Part shown: in pieces, positions 29,468 through 39,400 of the stretch
How the letters are laid out: each line of letters starts with the position of its first letter
Numbering within the stretch: the stretch's first letter is position 1
Assembly (NCBI GenBank): GCA_029548865.1
Contig: JAKPMO010000028.1
Span: 39,629-103,628, forward strand
Origin: Caldisericota bacterium
GTDB lineage: Bacteria > Caldisericota > Caldisericia > JAAYUI01
Direction: 5' to 3'
DNA: 64,000 nt
Notes under the pieces: model-generated
What the model was told of the DNA's origin: nothing
Databases searched by the model: none
What the model saw: only the letters and a program-made list of their open reading frames with translations
Translations under genes and position numbers: made by a program

Positions 29468-29746
29468 TCATGAAAGGAGCGCCACGACGGACGCCCACAT
29501 TTTTGGCTCGGCTTTGTCGTCGGCCATAATTGTCTTTGTCTTGAGGAGCCCTTTCTCCATCGCCCCAAGCCTGAGCATGGCATCATCAAATTTCTCCTCG
29601 AGCGATGACAAGGCCTCGGAAATCGAATCCATCCTCTCCTCCATCTCCTTTATCCTTGCGGACAGGCTTTCAAGGAGCTGCTCCGGCATGCATTCGAAAT
29701 CGTCCTTTTTTTCTTCCCCTTTTTTAAAAAACCTTCCCAGCATCAC
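29468..29746 (-). CDS. Small coiled-coil protein, probable scaffold
   Basis: Heptad-rich acidic helix between protease and capsid genes. Confidence 0.55.
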   Translation of the reverse strand: MMLGRFFKKGEEKKDDFECMPEQLLESLSARIKEMEERMDSISEALSSLEEKFDDAMLRLGAMEKGLLKTKTIMADDKAEPKMWASVVALLS

Positions 29747-30175
29747 TTACTCCTTTCTTTCGCAAACAAGAATGAACCCGGCTTCCGGGTTTGCCGGCTG
29801 ATCAACAACAGAAATCTCGGCAATTGTCATCCCGGTAATGACATCAACGGTTTTCCCCTCAAAGTTTCTCGGTCTTTTCGATGTGACCACACCCCCAACA
29901 GAAAATCCCTTGTAGATTCCCCTTTTTATCTTGTCCCAGCACTTCTTGTCGTAGATGTCGGCACCAACCAGGAGACCTTTTGGCATGAGCGAGAGGTGCG
30001 ATGCAACACCTATTGCCCTTGGTTCATGCATCTCCCTGACATTTCTCCACCTCGAATAGGCGCCAAGGGCTTCCTTTACAGCCCCCGTGCTTATGATGTC
30101 CCCCTGTGAATCCAGTGCTTCTGTGGAGGCCCAGCCCCATACGGTCCCCAAAGCGTCCCCGTTTTTGCCTGCCAT
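29747..30175 (-). CDS. Prohead protease (HK97/XkdF-like)
   Basis: VWGWASTEALDSQGD, REMH, YKGFSVGG, EISVVDQPANP. Confidence 0.85.
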   Translation of the reverse strand: MAGKNGDALGTVWGWASTEALDSQGDIISTGAVKEALGAYSRWRNVREMHEPRAIGVASHLSLMPKGLLVGADIYDKKCWDKIKRGIYKGFSVGGVVTSKRPRNFEGKTVDVITGMTIAEISVVDQPANPEAGFILVCERKE

Positions 30176-30190
30176 TATCCCCTCCAAATG

Positions 30191-30216
30191 AAAAGGCCCT
30201 CCACTAAAAGAGGGCC
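30191..30216 (-). terminator. Internal stem-loop / terminator-like element just upstream of the protease RBS
   Basis: Minus strand GGCCCTC-TTTTAGTG-GAGGGCC-TTTT. Confidence 0.5.
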
Positions 30217-30245
30217 CAGTGTTTTTTGTCTATACTAAACAGCAA

Positions 30246-30536
30246 TCAGTCTGGTTTCTTTTTGAAGAACCTCGCAAGCCTGAGCGGCGCGAAAGGTGCA
30301 TTGAATATGAGCCAGATCACAACCATTGCTCCCCATGCCGTGTAGACATCCAGTGGTGGTGCCGGCACAAAAAACCTGTATATGGTTATGTTCCATAGCC
30401 ATGAAACGACATAGCCAAGCCCATAAAACCACCCAGCACAAAGCAGAAGACCCGCCGGCACTGCCCAGATGGCGTCTAGTTTTGAGTCAAAGTAGAGCTT
30501 TCTGTCAATTTTTGAGAATCTCAGTGACATGGGCAC
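30246..30536 (-). CDS. Small two-TM membrane protein
   Basis: Two hydrophobic segments and a basic C-terminus (RFFKKK); starts 3 bp after the portal stop. Confidence 0.55.
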   Translation of the reverse strand: MPMSLRFSKIDRKLYFDSKLDAIWAVPAGLLLCAGWFYGLGYVVSWLWNITIYRFFVPAPPLDVYTAWGAMVVIWLIFNAPFAPLRLARFFKKKPD

Positions 30537-30539
30537 ATG

Positions 30540-31730
30540 TTACCGGTTTTCTCCAGCCCCTTCAACCTCCCTGGCCGGGAGGCCCATCCTCGCCCTGGCC
30601 TCATCGGCTGAAATCATCCCGGAATCAATGAGTATTTTGTCTGTCTGAGCCCTGCAAAGCTCGTCTTCGGCATCCATTTCGTTGAAGCGGAACCTCCACC
30701 CAGAAATCCCCAGTCCCTCCCTGATGATTGTCCTGTTGATTCTTTCTTCCAGGAACCTCTGCCTCGGGGCAATGACAAGGTTTTTAAAATTTTGCAGCTG
30801 TGACTGGCCGGTCCCACCGCCAAGATTGCCGCTCTCTATTATGCCAAGCAGGTGCGGTGGCACACCGTGCGCAACAACCATCAGGTCACGGTTCATCTTC
30901 CTGTAGTCAGCAAAAGAGGCCTCCTGCGGTGTTGTCTGGATCGGCTTTATCTCCCCGGTGACACCCTGTGGGAATTGCAAGACCATTGTTTTGTGTGGAT
31001 TGCCCTTAAGATTCGACATGTAATTCTGGAGCTCCTCCTTGTCCTTTGGGGAGAGCGAGCCACCGGATATGACAAGGCAAAACCTCGGCGTGGCATTGTT
31101 CTCAAAAAACTGGATGTTGTAGTCTCTTGCCAGGATATCGCCCATTGTGGAGCCTATTGCGGCCACCGAATCAGGAAGACCGTAGAACTGCGAGGAAGGA
31201 TTGTATTTCCTGAAATGCACGATCTCGGATGGACTGCCAGCATCGCTTTCAAAAGTCTCGCCACCACCAAAGCTGGCAAATTTCCTCTTCTGGGTGCCTA
31301 TCGTTTGCACAAAACCGCCGTCCCTGAGCAGTTTTATGTTCCTGGCAGAAACATGGTACAGCCTCCCAACTTTCCCAAATGAATCCCTTGTGGCCTCAAG
31401 GTATCCATTCCCAAGGCATTCCAGGTCAACCATCACCTGGAACAGAAGCTCATCAAAAGTCTGGTTGGGATTACAATCCTCAAGGAACTGGAACAACCTA
31501 TTTCTGGCTTCTTTTCCACCACCCTCATCCACAAGCCTCCAGCCCTGCCCAACCGTGAACTGGGCTTTTACCTGCACTGCCCTGTAGTAGATTTCATTGC
31601 TCTGGTAAAGCTCAAGCAGCTTCTCAAAGTCCAGGTACGGGGGTGGTTCCACCACCCCAGATACACCTAGCGGTTTTTCTCTGACCTGTCTTGTCTCGCA
31701 TGAAAGAAAATCAAGCTTTGCCTGCTTCAT
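30540..31730 (-). CDS. Phage portal protein (PBSX-type)
   Basis: LECLGNGYLE, EIVHFRKY, FYGLPD, FFENNATP, AHGVPPHLLG, ISADEARARMGL. Confidence 0.9.
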   Translation of the reverse strand: MKQAKLDFLSCETRQVREKPLGVSGVVEPPPYLDFEKLLELYQSNEIYYRAVQVKAQFTVGQGWRLVDEGGGKEARNRLFQFLEDCNPNQTFDELLFQVMVDLECLGNGYLEATRDSFGKVGRLYHVSARNIKLLRDGGFVQTIGTQKRKFASFGGGETFESDAGSPSEIVHFRKYNPSSQFYGLPDSVAAIGSTMGDILARDYNIQFFENNATPRFCLVISGGSLSPKDKEELQNYMSNLKGNPHKTMVLQFPQGVTGEIKPIQTTPQEASFADYRKMNRDLMVVAHGVPPHLLGIIESGNLGGGTGQSQLQNFKNLVIAPRQRFLEERINRTIIREGLGISGWRFRFNEMDAEDELCRAQTDKILIDSGMISADEARARMGLPAREVEGAGENR

Positions 31731-33124
31731 AAAACCTCCAGAATGTCGACCCTCGGCGATGTTCCCTGCCTCGCAAGTGAAACTGCCATTTCAAAAGCAT
31801 CTATCATGTCATCATGCTCCCCTCCCGGAAACTCCAGCAACTCCCTGACAAAAAGCTCGTGACAGGGCGCAACGCGGACTTTCCCTGACTCAAACAGCGG
31901 CTGGAGTGCCCTTATCCTCGACTGTTTAGGCGCAAGCGGGGTAATTGGTCTGACAGGGACTGCCAGATTGCCTGAAAGGTGTTCTATTAATGCTCTCTGG
32001 TATGCTACATCCTCTATCCCCAAAAGAAGCGGTCTGTGGAGCTCACAGGAGTCTCTCACGGCCTCCGCCTGCCTTGAAAAACCGAAATGCCCCCTGATGC
32101 AATCGAGAAGATATATGGTGCCAGCAGAATCAACGCCAACTGTTACCATCGCAAACCAGTCCGAGCCCTCCCTCTCGGATATGGCCAGATCACAGGCCGT
32201 ATAAACCGACAACGATGACCTCTCAGGGAGCAGATCATAGAACAGGAGCCATTCCCTCCTGAAAATCCTGCCAAGATAGAAGCTCACATCGTTCTGCTTT
32301 TCCCTGTCAAACATCGCCTGGCCTGTCATGAGCCTGTCCAGAAGCAATCTGTCTATCCCCCACATTTTGGGCCACAGCACCTGCCACTTGCCCTCCTTCT
32401 TCACGCCAAGCAGCTGGCCCTTGTCGCCAAAACTGAAAAATTCGGATATTGGCATCCCTTTTTCCAGCGCCTCGGTGAAATTTGATGGCCATCTGATGAT
32501 TGCCTTCTCTGAAATAAACTCCCAGGCTGGGTTTTTCCCCAATTTGCCGTAGAGATCTTCCGGATGTTTCCTTGTTCCCACAACAAGAAGCCTCGTCTCT
32601 GGCAGGCAAAGCTGGAGCAGCGACCCGTAAAACCACTCTTCGACTTCCTCTCTTGCCTGCGGCGTCTGCGTATTGCGGTCATCAAGCACATCGTCGCAGA
32701 TTATCAGGTCATAGTGGCCACCGGTGAGCGACCCAAGGATGCCCGAACAGGAAACGTTCGGCTCCTTTGAGTCGCAGCCCTCCAGCCTCATTTCGGTTGC
32801 TGTTGCACTGGATAGTTTCGGTGCGCACTCTGCCTGCCAGAGCCTGATGCAGGCCGATTCAATCTGCCTCAAAAGCCTTGATGCAAGCTGCTCGGTCTTT
32901 GAAACAACCAGTATTCTTGCCCCAGGATTTAACAAGAGGAAGGCTTGTGAAAATATCACCGTCCATATAGTAGATTTACCATGACAACGTGGCGCAAGCT
33001 GGACCCTCCTGCTCCATGGGTCATCAAAACACTTTATCCATTTTTTTTGATGGGCAGGAAGATCAAATTGCAGTTTTTTGCATAAGTCAAATGTTTTCTC
33101 AGAAAGGGTTTGTGGCACTCCCAA
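31727..33124 (-). CDS. terL: Terminase large subunit
   Basis: APRCHGKST Walker A, LIICDD Walker B, ACDLA and HDDMIDA nuclease motifs; probable TTG start at 33124 after GGAGG. Confidence 0.9.
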   Translation of the reverse strand: MGVPQTLSEKTFDLCKKLQFDLPAHQKKWIKCFDDPWSRRVQLAPRCHGKSTIWTVIFSQAFLLLNPGARILVVSKTEQLASRLLRQIESACIRLWQAECAPKLSSATATEMRLEGCDSKEPNVSCSGILGSLTGGHYDLIICDDVLDDRNTQTPQAREEVEEWFYGSLLQLCLPETRLLVVGTRKHPEDLYGKLGKNPAWEFISEKAIIRWPSNFTEALEKGMPISEFFSFGDKGQLLGVKKEGKWQVLWPKMWGIDRLLLDRLMTGQAMFDREKQNDVSFYLGRIFRREWLLFYDLLPERSSLSVYTACDLAISEREGSDWFAMVTVGVDSAGTIYLLDCIRGHFGFSRQAEAVRDSCELHRPLLLGIEDVAYQRALIEHLSGNLAVPVRPITPLAPKQSRIRALQPLFESGKVRVAPCHELFVRELLEFPGGEHDDMIDAFEMAVSLARQGTSPRVDILEVL

Positions 33125-33160
33125 TTGCCCCTCCCTCCCGTGGGTTCCCAACGATAGTGA

Positions 33161-33189
33161 ATTGTAATCTCAGGTGCTCTGGTTGTCAA
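33161..33189 (-). promoter_or_regulatory. Sigma70-type promoter driving the head-tail operon
   Basis: Minus strand TTGACA (33189-33184)-N17-TACAAT (33166-33161), about 36 nt upstream of the terL start. Confidence 0.7.
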
Positions 33190-33288
33190 ATATCGACATT
33201 TAGAGTATAGCTGGCTAATATGATTTTTACTTATATTTATAGTATACTCACAATTATTTTCTGGTGAGACTGTGAATTTTTCCGGGCA

Positions 33289-33316
33289 TTGACGTGTAAC
33301 ATACCAGAAATAGAAT
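33289..33316 (+). promoter_or_regulatory. Probable sigma70 promoter of 33335..35866
   Basis: TTGACG-N16-TAGAAT, then AGGAGG SD. Confidence 0.5.
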
Positions 33317-33334
33317 TTGTGCAGGAGGTAATTA

Positions 33335-35866
33335 ATGAAACGCCTTGCCGCGATTTTTTTGGTCCTTGTAATCTGTTTTCCATTCACATCCATCGCCGTA
33401 GAACAGGTAGTGATCGAGCCGGTTGGCAACGGGCCAACCACAGGTGAGATTGCTGTTCCAGTTGCGATCCTTCCGCTTTCTGGCGGGGACGTGGCAATCC
33501 TCGACGGCAGAACGTCTCGGATCAATTTTTTTGGACCGGACGGCGTGATAAAAAACTACTACCCGATAGACAGGGAAACAATCCCAGTGTTGCCTCCTGA
33601 CATGTCGGACTCCATTCCATTCTCATTTGCACAAATCAAATTGATCTCGGATAGGAAAAGCAGCCTTTACTACATTGGCAAGGACGGTGTCTATCAAATA
33701 AACATCCAGACTGGTGAAACCTCCAAAAGAATTGAGCTTGAAAAACAACTGCTTCCTGTTTCGATAGCGGTAGATGGGCAAGGCAACATTTTCACGCTTG
33801 ACCACGAAAGGTGCATCACAAAGTATGGAAGTGATGGAAAAGAAGCTGCAAAAATAGGTGAGCTGGGAAAAGGCAAAGGGAAGGCTCTTAATCCATACGT
33901 TGTAATGGCGCTTGAAGATGGAAGCATTGCATTGCTGGACACTTGGAATGAGGAAACTTCAGAGCAGGTCTCGTCCGATGAAAAAGGGATAATGATTTTT
34001 TCAGGAGAGGGAAAATTCATTAGAGAATTTGGCCAACTTGGCCTGATGGGTGGCGATGACAGCCAGATACAGGTTGGTTTTGCAGGTTTTTCGAAGGGCC
34101 AGGAGGTTTTTGTCCTTGATGTCGGCTTTTCAAGCAAACCGGCATGGGTGATAAGAAGGTTTAAAACAAACGGGGATTTCGAGGAAAAAATAGAACTCAA
34201 GCAGTCTGATGATCTGGTAAGTGGCTATGTCTCATCATTTTTTGTGGATGGCAATGGCAAAATAGCGCTTGCCATGCCCTTTCTTTCAAAAGCAGTTCTG
34301 GACGCAAACGGTATCTCGCAGGAACTGGGAAAGGTCCTTGAGGACACGCTAAAAAATCCCGTTTCCGCAATGAAATTGCCACAGGGGAAAACAGCTATTC
34401 TCGAGGGGCTCGACAGAAAGCTGCACATTTTTGGTTCTGATGGCACCCCGCAAAAAACAGTTGCTCTTTCTGGCCCAAAATCTGAGGGGCCAGCTGGAGA
34501 TTCACTTGGTGTTCTTTCGGACATGGCAATGACCCAAAACGAGCTTTTGGTGGCCTCTGGATGGGAAATCCGCAGGTACGACAATCTAACATTTGAATTC
34601 AAGGGCTCCTACGACCTCCAGAAAAATGTCGATATACCCGACATCATAATGGCGCTGGCATCATCCGGAAACAAAATAGCGGCACTTGACAGACAGGGCC
34701 AGGTGATATTCATGACAGGCGGATTGCCATCAACATTCAAGGTGGAAGGCAATCCTGTTGACGTGACTTTTGACAGGGACGGCAACATTCTCCTGCTTTT
34801 CCCTGAAGAAAAGAAGATAAAGGCATTCTCCGAGACTGGCACTAAGAAATTTGAGTTTGCACTCGAGGGGGTTGAAATGCCTTCCTCAATCTGCACAAGG
34901 CCATCCGGAGAAATAATGATAACTGACCCGGCAATAGGGCAAATCATCGAGTTTTCAGAAAATGGAAAAAATATTGTAGCATACGGCAGAAAAGGGTGGC
35001 TTTCACAAACTGAGACTGTCCAGGATTACAAAAAAGAACCAGAAGCACTGGCATATCCTTCAAGAATAAGATCAAACCAGGACGGAACCCTGACCGTGCT
35101 TGATGTTGGCAATTCAAGGGCACTGAATGTTTCATTCAAGGAAGTCGAGCCACCGCCACCAGAAAAAAAGCCGGCCAAGCTGTCTGTTGACAAGGCTTTG
35201 CTTGACTTTGGCAAGATGTACTATGGAAAACCGGCCAAAACGCTGGAAATTGCAATCTCAAACCTGGGCGACGAAGAACTTGAAGGTAACGTAACAAGCA
35301 CCTCCAAAATGTTTGTGGTTTCACCGGAAAAAATTGACCCAGAAACAAAGGCGATAAAAGTAACCATTGATCCAGGAAGGGACGATGCCTGGGAGACATT
35401 CAATGGTGAAATAAAGATCCAGACAAATGGCGGGTCAACGAATGTGCCAGTGTCAGCGCAGATAACTGGTAAGAAGATCTCGATATCGCTCCTTTCAACA
35501 TCATTCCTGATACAAACCGATGGCGACGAGGAAAAGTACGATGCAGGAAGGGCGGGGATAATCATAAAGGGCAGGACGCTTGTCCCGCTCAGGGCACTTG
35601 GTGAAACACTGGGCGCTGAAGTAAACTGGAATGCCAGCGAAAGGAAAGTCACATACTCCCTTGATGGCGGAACTGTCGAAATCTGGATAAACAAGCCACA
35701 GGCAAAGGTGAATGGTAATCAGGTAAATATCGATCCACCAGCAGTAATACTCACAAGTGGATCAACCTATGTTCCGGTAAGGTTTGTTGCCGAGGCGCTT
35801 GGTTGCGATGTTGAGTGGGTCGAGCAGAAAAAGACGGCTGTGGTTTACTACCCGAAGAGGCCTTAA
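33335..35866 (+). CDS. Secreted NHL-repeat beta-propeller plus Ig-like plus stalk-domain protein
   Basis: Signal peptide; PVSIAVDGQGNIFTLD-type NHL repeats; LVPLRALGETLGAEVNW and YVPVRFVAEALGCDVEW. Confidence 0.85.
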   Translation: MKRLAAIFLVLVICFPFTSIAVEQVVIEPVGNGPTTGEIAVPVAILPLSGGDVAILDGRTSRINFFGPDGVIKNYYPIDRETIPVLPPDMSDSIPFSFAQIKLISDRKSSLYYIGKDGVYQINIQTGETSKRIELEKQLLPVSIAVDGQGNIFTLDHERCITKYGSDGKEAAKIGELGKGKGKALNPYVVMALEDGSIALLDTWNEETSEQVSSDEKGIMIFSGEGKFIREFGQLGLMGGDDSQIQVGFAGFSKGQEVFVLDVGFSSKPAWVIRRFKTNGDFEEKIELKQSDDLVSGYVSSFFVDGNGKIALAMPFLSKAVLDANGISQELGKVLEDTLKNPVSAMKLPQGKTAILEGLDRKLHIFGSDGTPQKTVALSGPKSEGPAGDSLGVLSDMAMTQNELLVASGWEIRRYDNLTFEFKGSYDLQKNVDIPDIIMALASSGNKIAALDRQGQVIFMTGGLPSTFKVEGNPVDVTFDRDGNILLLFPEEKKIKAFSETGTKKFEFALEGVEMPSSICTRPSGEIMITDPAIGQIIEFSENGKNIVAYGRKGWLSQTETVQDYKKEPEALAYPSRIRSNQDGTLTVLDVGNSRALNVSFKEVEPPPPEKKPAKLSVDKALLDFGKMYYGKPAKTLEIAISNLGDEELEGNVTSTSKMFVVSPEKIDPETKAIKVTIDPGRDDAWETFNGEIKIQTNGGSTNVPVSAQITGKKISISLLSTSFLIQTDGDEEKYDAGRAGIIIKGRTLVPLRALGETLGAEVNWNASERKVTYSLDGGTVEIWINKPQAKVNGNQVNIDPPAVILTSGSTYVPVRFVAEALGCDVEWVEQKKTAVVYYPKRP

Positions 35867-35870
35867 AAAC

Positions 35871-36419
35871 CTATTCGGCCACTATTTTTACAAAACCGAG
35901 TTTTGTGAGCTTCGCCACTATCCTGCGCGCTTCATCGGTGGTTATTTCAAGCTCGCTTGTAATCTGGGCGATGGATACGCCGTCCTGGATGCAGGAAAGG
36001 AAAGACCATTCAATTGGCTCCAGGACTATACCGTCTGGCTGGGAAGTGTCCCTGGCAAGCCTTATCTGGTGGGTACCGGAAATGGATTGCCCAATCTCTG
36101 CAATGTCCTCGTCCTGCCTCAGCGTGTAATCAAGGATGAATTTCTCGACACTGAGAGTGATTGTTGGATCGCCATCCCAGTCGCCAGGTGTGAAGCTGAA
36201 AGTGCCATTTGTCCACGTCATGATGTGGTTTGCTGCCTCATCGCCGAAGATGTTGCCATAAACGGCATGCACAAGCTTGCCCCCCACAAAAATGAGGGTG
36301 CCCTTCACACCGTCCTCGGTGGCCACCTGAAGACTCCCGTTCATTGAGCTCTGGTTTATGAGACTAATGACATCGGGCAGGCTTAAATACTGGAGTTGTC
36401 CTGAAATTGACTGGCCCAT
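35871..36419 (-). CDS. DUF4388 (PATAN-like) domain protein with C-terminal winged helix
   Basis: GQLQYLSLPDVISLI...GSLQV...GKLVHA...WTNGTFSF. Confidence 0.8.
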   Translation of the reverse strand: MGQSISGQLQYLSLPDVISLINQSSMNGSLQVATEDGVKGTLIFVGGKLVHAVYGNIFGDEAANHIMTWTNGTFSFTPGDWDGDPTITLSVEKFILDYTLRQDEDIAEIGQSISGTHQIRLARDTSQPDGIVLEPIEWSFLSCIQDGVSIAQITSELEITTDEARRIVAKLTKLGFVKIVAE

Positions 36420-36429
36420 TTAATTTAGG

Positions 36430-36458
36430 ATTATGTTTGGACAGCGCTGTAAAGTCAA
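36430..36458 (-). promoter_or_regulatory. Sigma70 promoter of the DUF4388 gene with a palindrome in the spacer
   Basis: TTGACT-N17-CATAAT, 10 nt from the ATG; spacer contains ACAGCGCTGT. Confidence 0.5.
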
Positions 36459-36495
36459 GAATACTATGCTTATAATGTAAACCATGGAGGTCAGG

Positions 36496-39400
36496 ATGAA
36501 GAAAATTATAATTTTTGCGGTCTGCCTGTTCTTGTTGGCCCAGGTTTCCCCAGTATTGGAAGTGTCCCATGCAAAAAACCAAATGGTTGTTTCAATACAC
36601 GGCGAAGGACAAGTTTTGGGCAATGAGCTCCTTGGCAGGACAAGATTGGGTTTTCTTGATCCCTATGGATACCCGAAATTCTCCCCGAAGCTTACAAAAT
36701 TGTTATTTGATTCCCTTGGAGTCAAAAGTTATGATGAATACAAGGATGAGCTCACCAAGCACCTTGATGGACTTGCTCCAACCTTCTACAGGCAAGACTT
36801 TTTCATGTGGGCGCCCGGTTTTGAGTGGAAAGATGCTGCAAAGAAAATCGCACTCGAGAGCTCAAAGGGCATCGAGCATATCATTACCCTGAATTTCAGG
36901 AGTTTTTTGCCAAACAATGCCAGGACTGTCGGAGACATTGTCGAATACTATGATGGTGACGGAAAAGACGACAATCCCTTTGGTGCTGTCGTAAAAATCT
37001 GGCAGATTGAGAATGAAATCAACATGAAGGACATTTTCTGGAAGGGAACCCTGCCAGAATACGCAAAGCACCTACTTGATTGTTATAACGAGGCAAAGAA
37101 CTCCGACCCTTCATGTGTTGTTGTAATGGCTGGCGAAGCCTCGGATGCAGAAAATGAGGTGTATGCTGATATTTTGCGTGAACTGGGTGGCCAGCCTGCA
37201 TTTGATGCAGTCGATATACATATTTACGGACAGGCAACGGACTCGCTCATGGTTGAAAGGTGCTCAAAAAGTTTCAAGGAGAGGCTTCTTGATGCAGGAT
37301 ATGATCCGAACACTCCGATGTTTATGACTGAATACGGCACCTACTGCGGTAAAATGCCGAAAATGGACGACTCTAGCGAAACCATGCAAGCGAAAACATT
37401 TGCCGAGAGGACAATACTCGCTCTAGCAAACGGGATAAAGGGCGTATGTTACATAAGCTGTGTTGATGGCGTGATGGACGACAAGGTAGATGGGTATTTC
37501 AGCCAGATGGGGCTAATTCACAACGGCATTACAAAATTTGGCAATGGTCCATGGCACAAAAGAAAGGTTTTCTGGACCTACAAACTCCTTTCGTACTATC
37601 TTTCGCAAGCCACTTTTGACGATGTGCTGGAGGTAACACTTGGCGTCGGCATAAGGGCCTTCAGGTTCAGCAGGCCGGGCCTTCAGCCCGTTTATTTTGT
37701 TTTTCTTTCGGACCAGGAAACGGCAAGAAAAGTACCGCTTCCAGTCACTGATAAAATGAGAGTGACCTCGCTTGTGCCAATTGGCGAAAGTGGTGACGAG
37801 TATGACAGGCTTGAGGACGCCATAGAAACAAAAATCATTGACCCAACCGATTTGAACGGAATCTATACCATGCTTGCCAAAGGACCAATTGCAGTAGAAC
37901 CCCTTCCATCCAGGACACTCTCGGAGAAAATCGGCGTTGCAAAACTCTCAGCATCAACAGATATTGACCTGCCGGTGGGTGAAGTGTACCTGGCAAAAGA
38001 AAACGCCATAAAATGGATGGATGGTGAAAAACCGGACTTTTCAAAAACCGATCTGGTGATTTCAAAACTGGCGAAGGCCGGCAAATCTGTCATACTCGCA
38101 ATAAATGTCGAGGCCGAATGCTTCTCAAAACCAATCGAGTTTGCCAAATTCTCGAAGTTTATTGCTGCGGTCGTGGAAAGATACGATGGGGACGGCATAC
38201 TGGATGCACCCGGCACCCTTTGCACAAAGTTCCACCTTGATGCGAGGATCAGCGACACTTCATACGTTTCCGAGTCTTCAAAATGCTATGCGCAGATGAT
38301 AAAAGTGGCAAGCAGGGCTGTTTCCATGGCAAGCGCAAGTGCAAAACTGATTGTGGGTGGATTCAGCGACAACAAGACACATATCTGGCCGGCAATCCTC
38401 AACGAACTACGAAAATTTCAAGCTGAAGCTGGCTATCCATTCTTTGACATAATGGCCATTTCAAACAACTTTGGCTCCTCAAGGGCCGACTCCGAAAACT
38501 ACAGTTTTATAAACCGCATCTCGAGAAACACCAGAAAATTGCTCGATGAAAATGGTCTCCAGAGGACACCGATAACATGCCTGTCTGCCATGAACTATGT
38601 TGGTGCGGCAAAAGACTACCCGGAACAAACCGAAAGAGACCAGGCAAACGAGCTGGTGAAGCGCATCATGACCATGATTGGAAACGGGTGCCAGACCGCC
38701 TGCTGGGGTATGGAAAAGGATGTTTCAAGCAACATTTTTGGCTCATGCGGACTGCTCGATCTGAACGGAAATCCAAGGCTCTCCTACTATTCAATGCAAA
38801 AGCTCCTGCTTGAAACCTCAAAAGTCCAGGTTCTCCCATACGATCTCCCCGGCGGCAAAACAACAGTTGGAAGATGGATTGCACCAGAATACAACAGTCT
38901 CTGGGGAATGAGGTTTGGGATAAATGACCCATTTGTCATCGCCTGGGTAAACGGCTCAAAACCACCGACTTTCTCCTATGTGGACTTTGATTTTCCGGTC
39001 ACGCAGGCGCTCGAACTCGAGTACCTGGTGCCAGATCAGAAAAGTGGAAAAGAGACCGGCGGCAAGCCCACATTCAAAAAAGTCACCGTATTCAGACAAG
39101 ACGGCGAGTTCAAGATACCGGTGGACAGGCTGGAACCCTTCATAATCAGGCCCTCGAATGCGACTGCACCTAAAATCGAGATAAAGATTGACCCGGCAAT
39201 CATGATGGTCAACCCCGGGCAAAAGGACACGGCAACAATAACCGTGACAGGGTTTGAGGGCGAAGCAATCCTCTCCGCTCCAAGCACAAAAACTCTCGGG
39301 ACAACAATCAGCCCTGAAAAAGTGAAATCCGGCCAGCAGGCGACACTAACAGTCTCCACTCTGGTTGCAAGCGCCGGCCAGCAATACACTGTTGCAATTT

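Larger units (their letters stand above)
17601..33189 (-). mobile_element. Compact phage-derived head-tail operon (GTA-like or defective prophage)
   Basis: About 19 co-oriented, mostly overlapping or abutting genes from TerL to amidase, bounded by a promoter and a terminator; no integrase, replication, repressor or TerS recognised. Confidence 0.85.

Noticed and set aside
17601..33189. Complete inducible prophage
   Set aside because: No integrase, att repeats, repressor or replication module were found; the flanks are host-type genes
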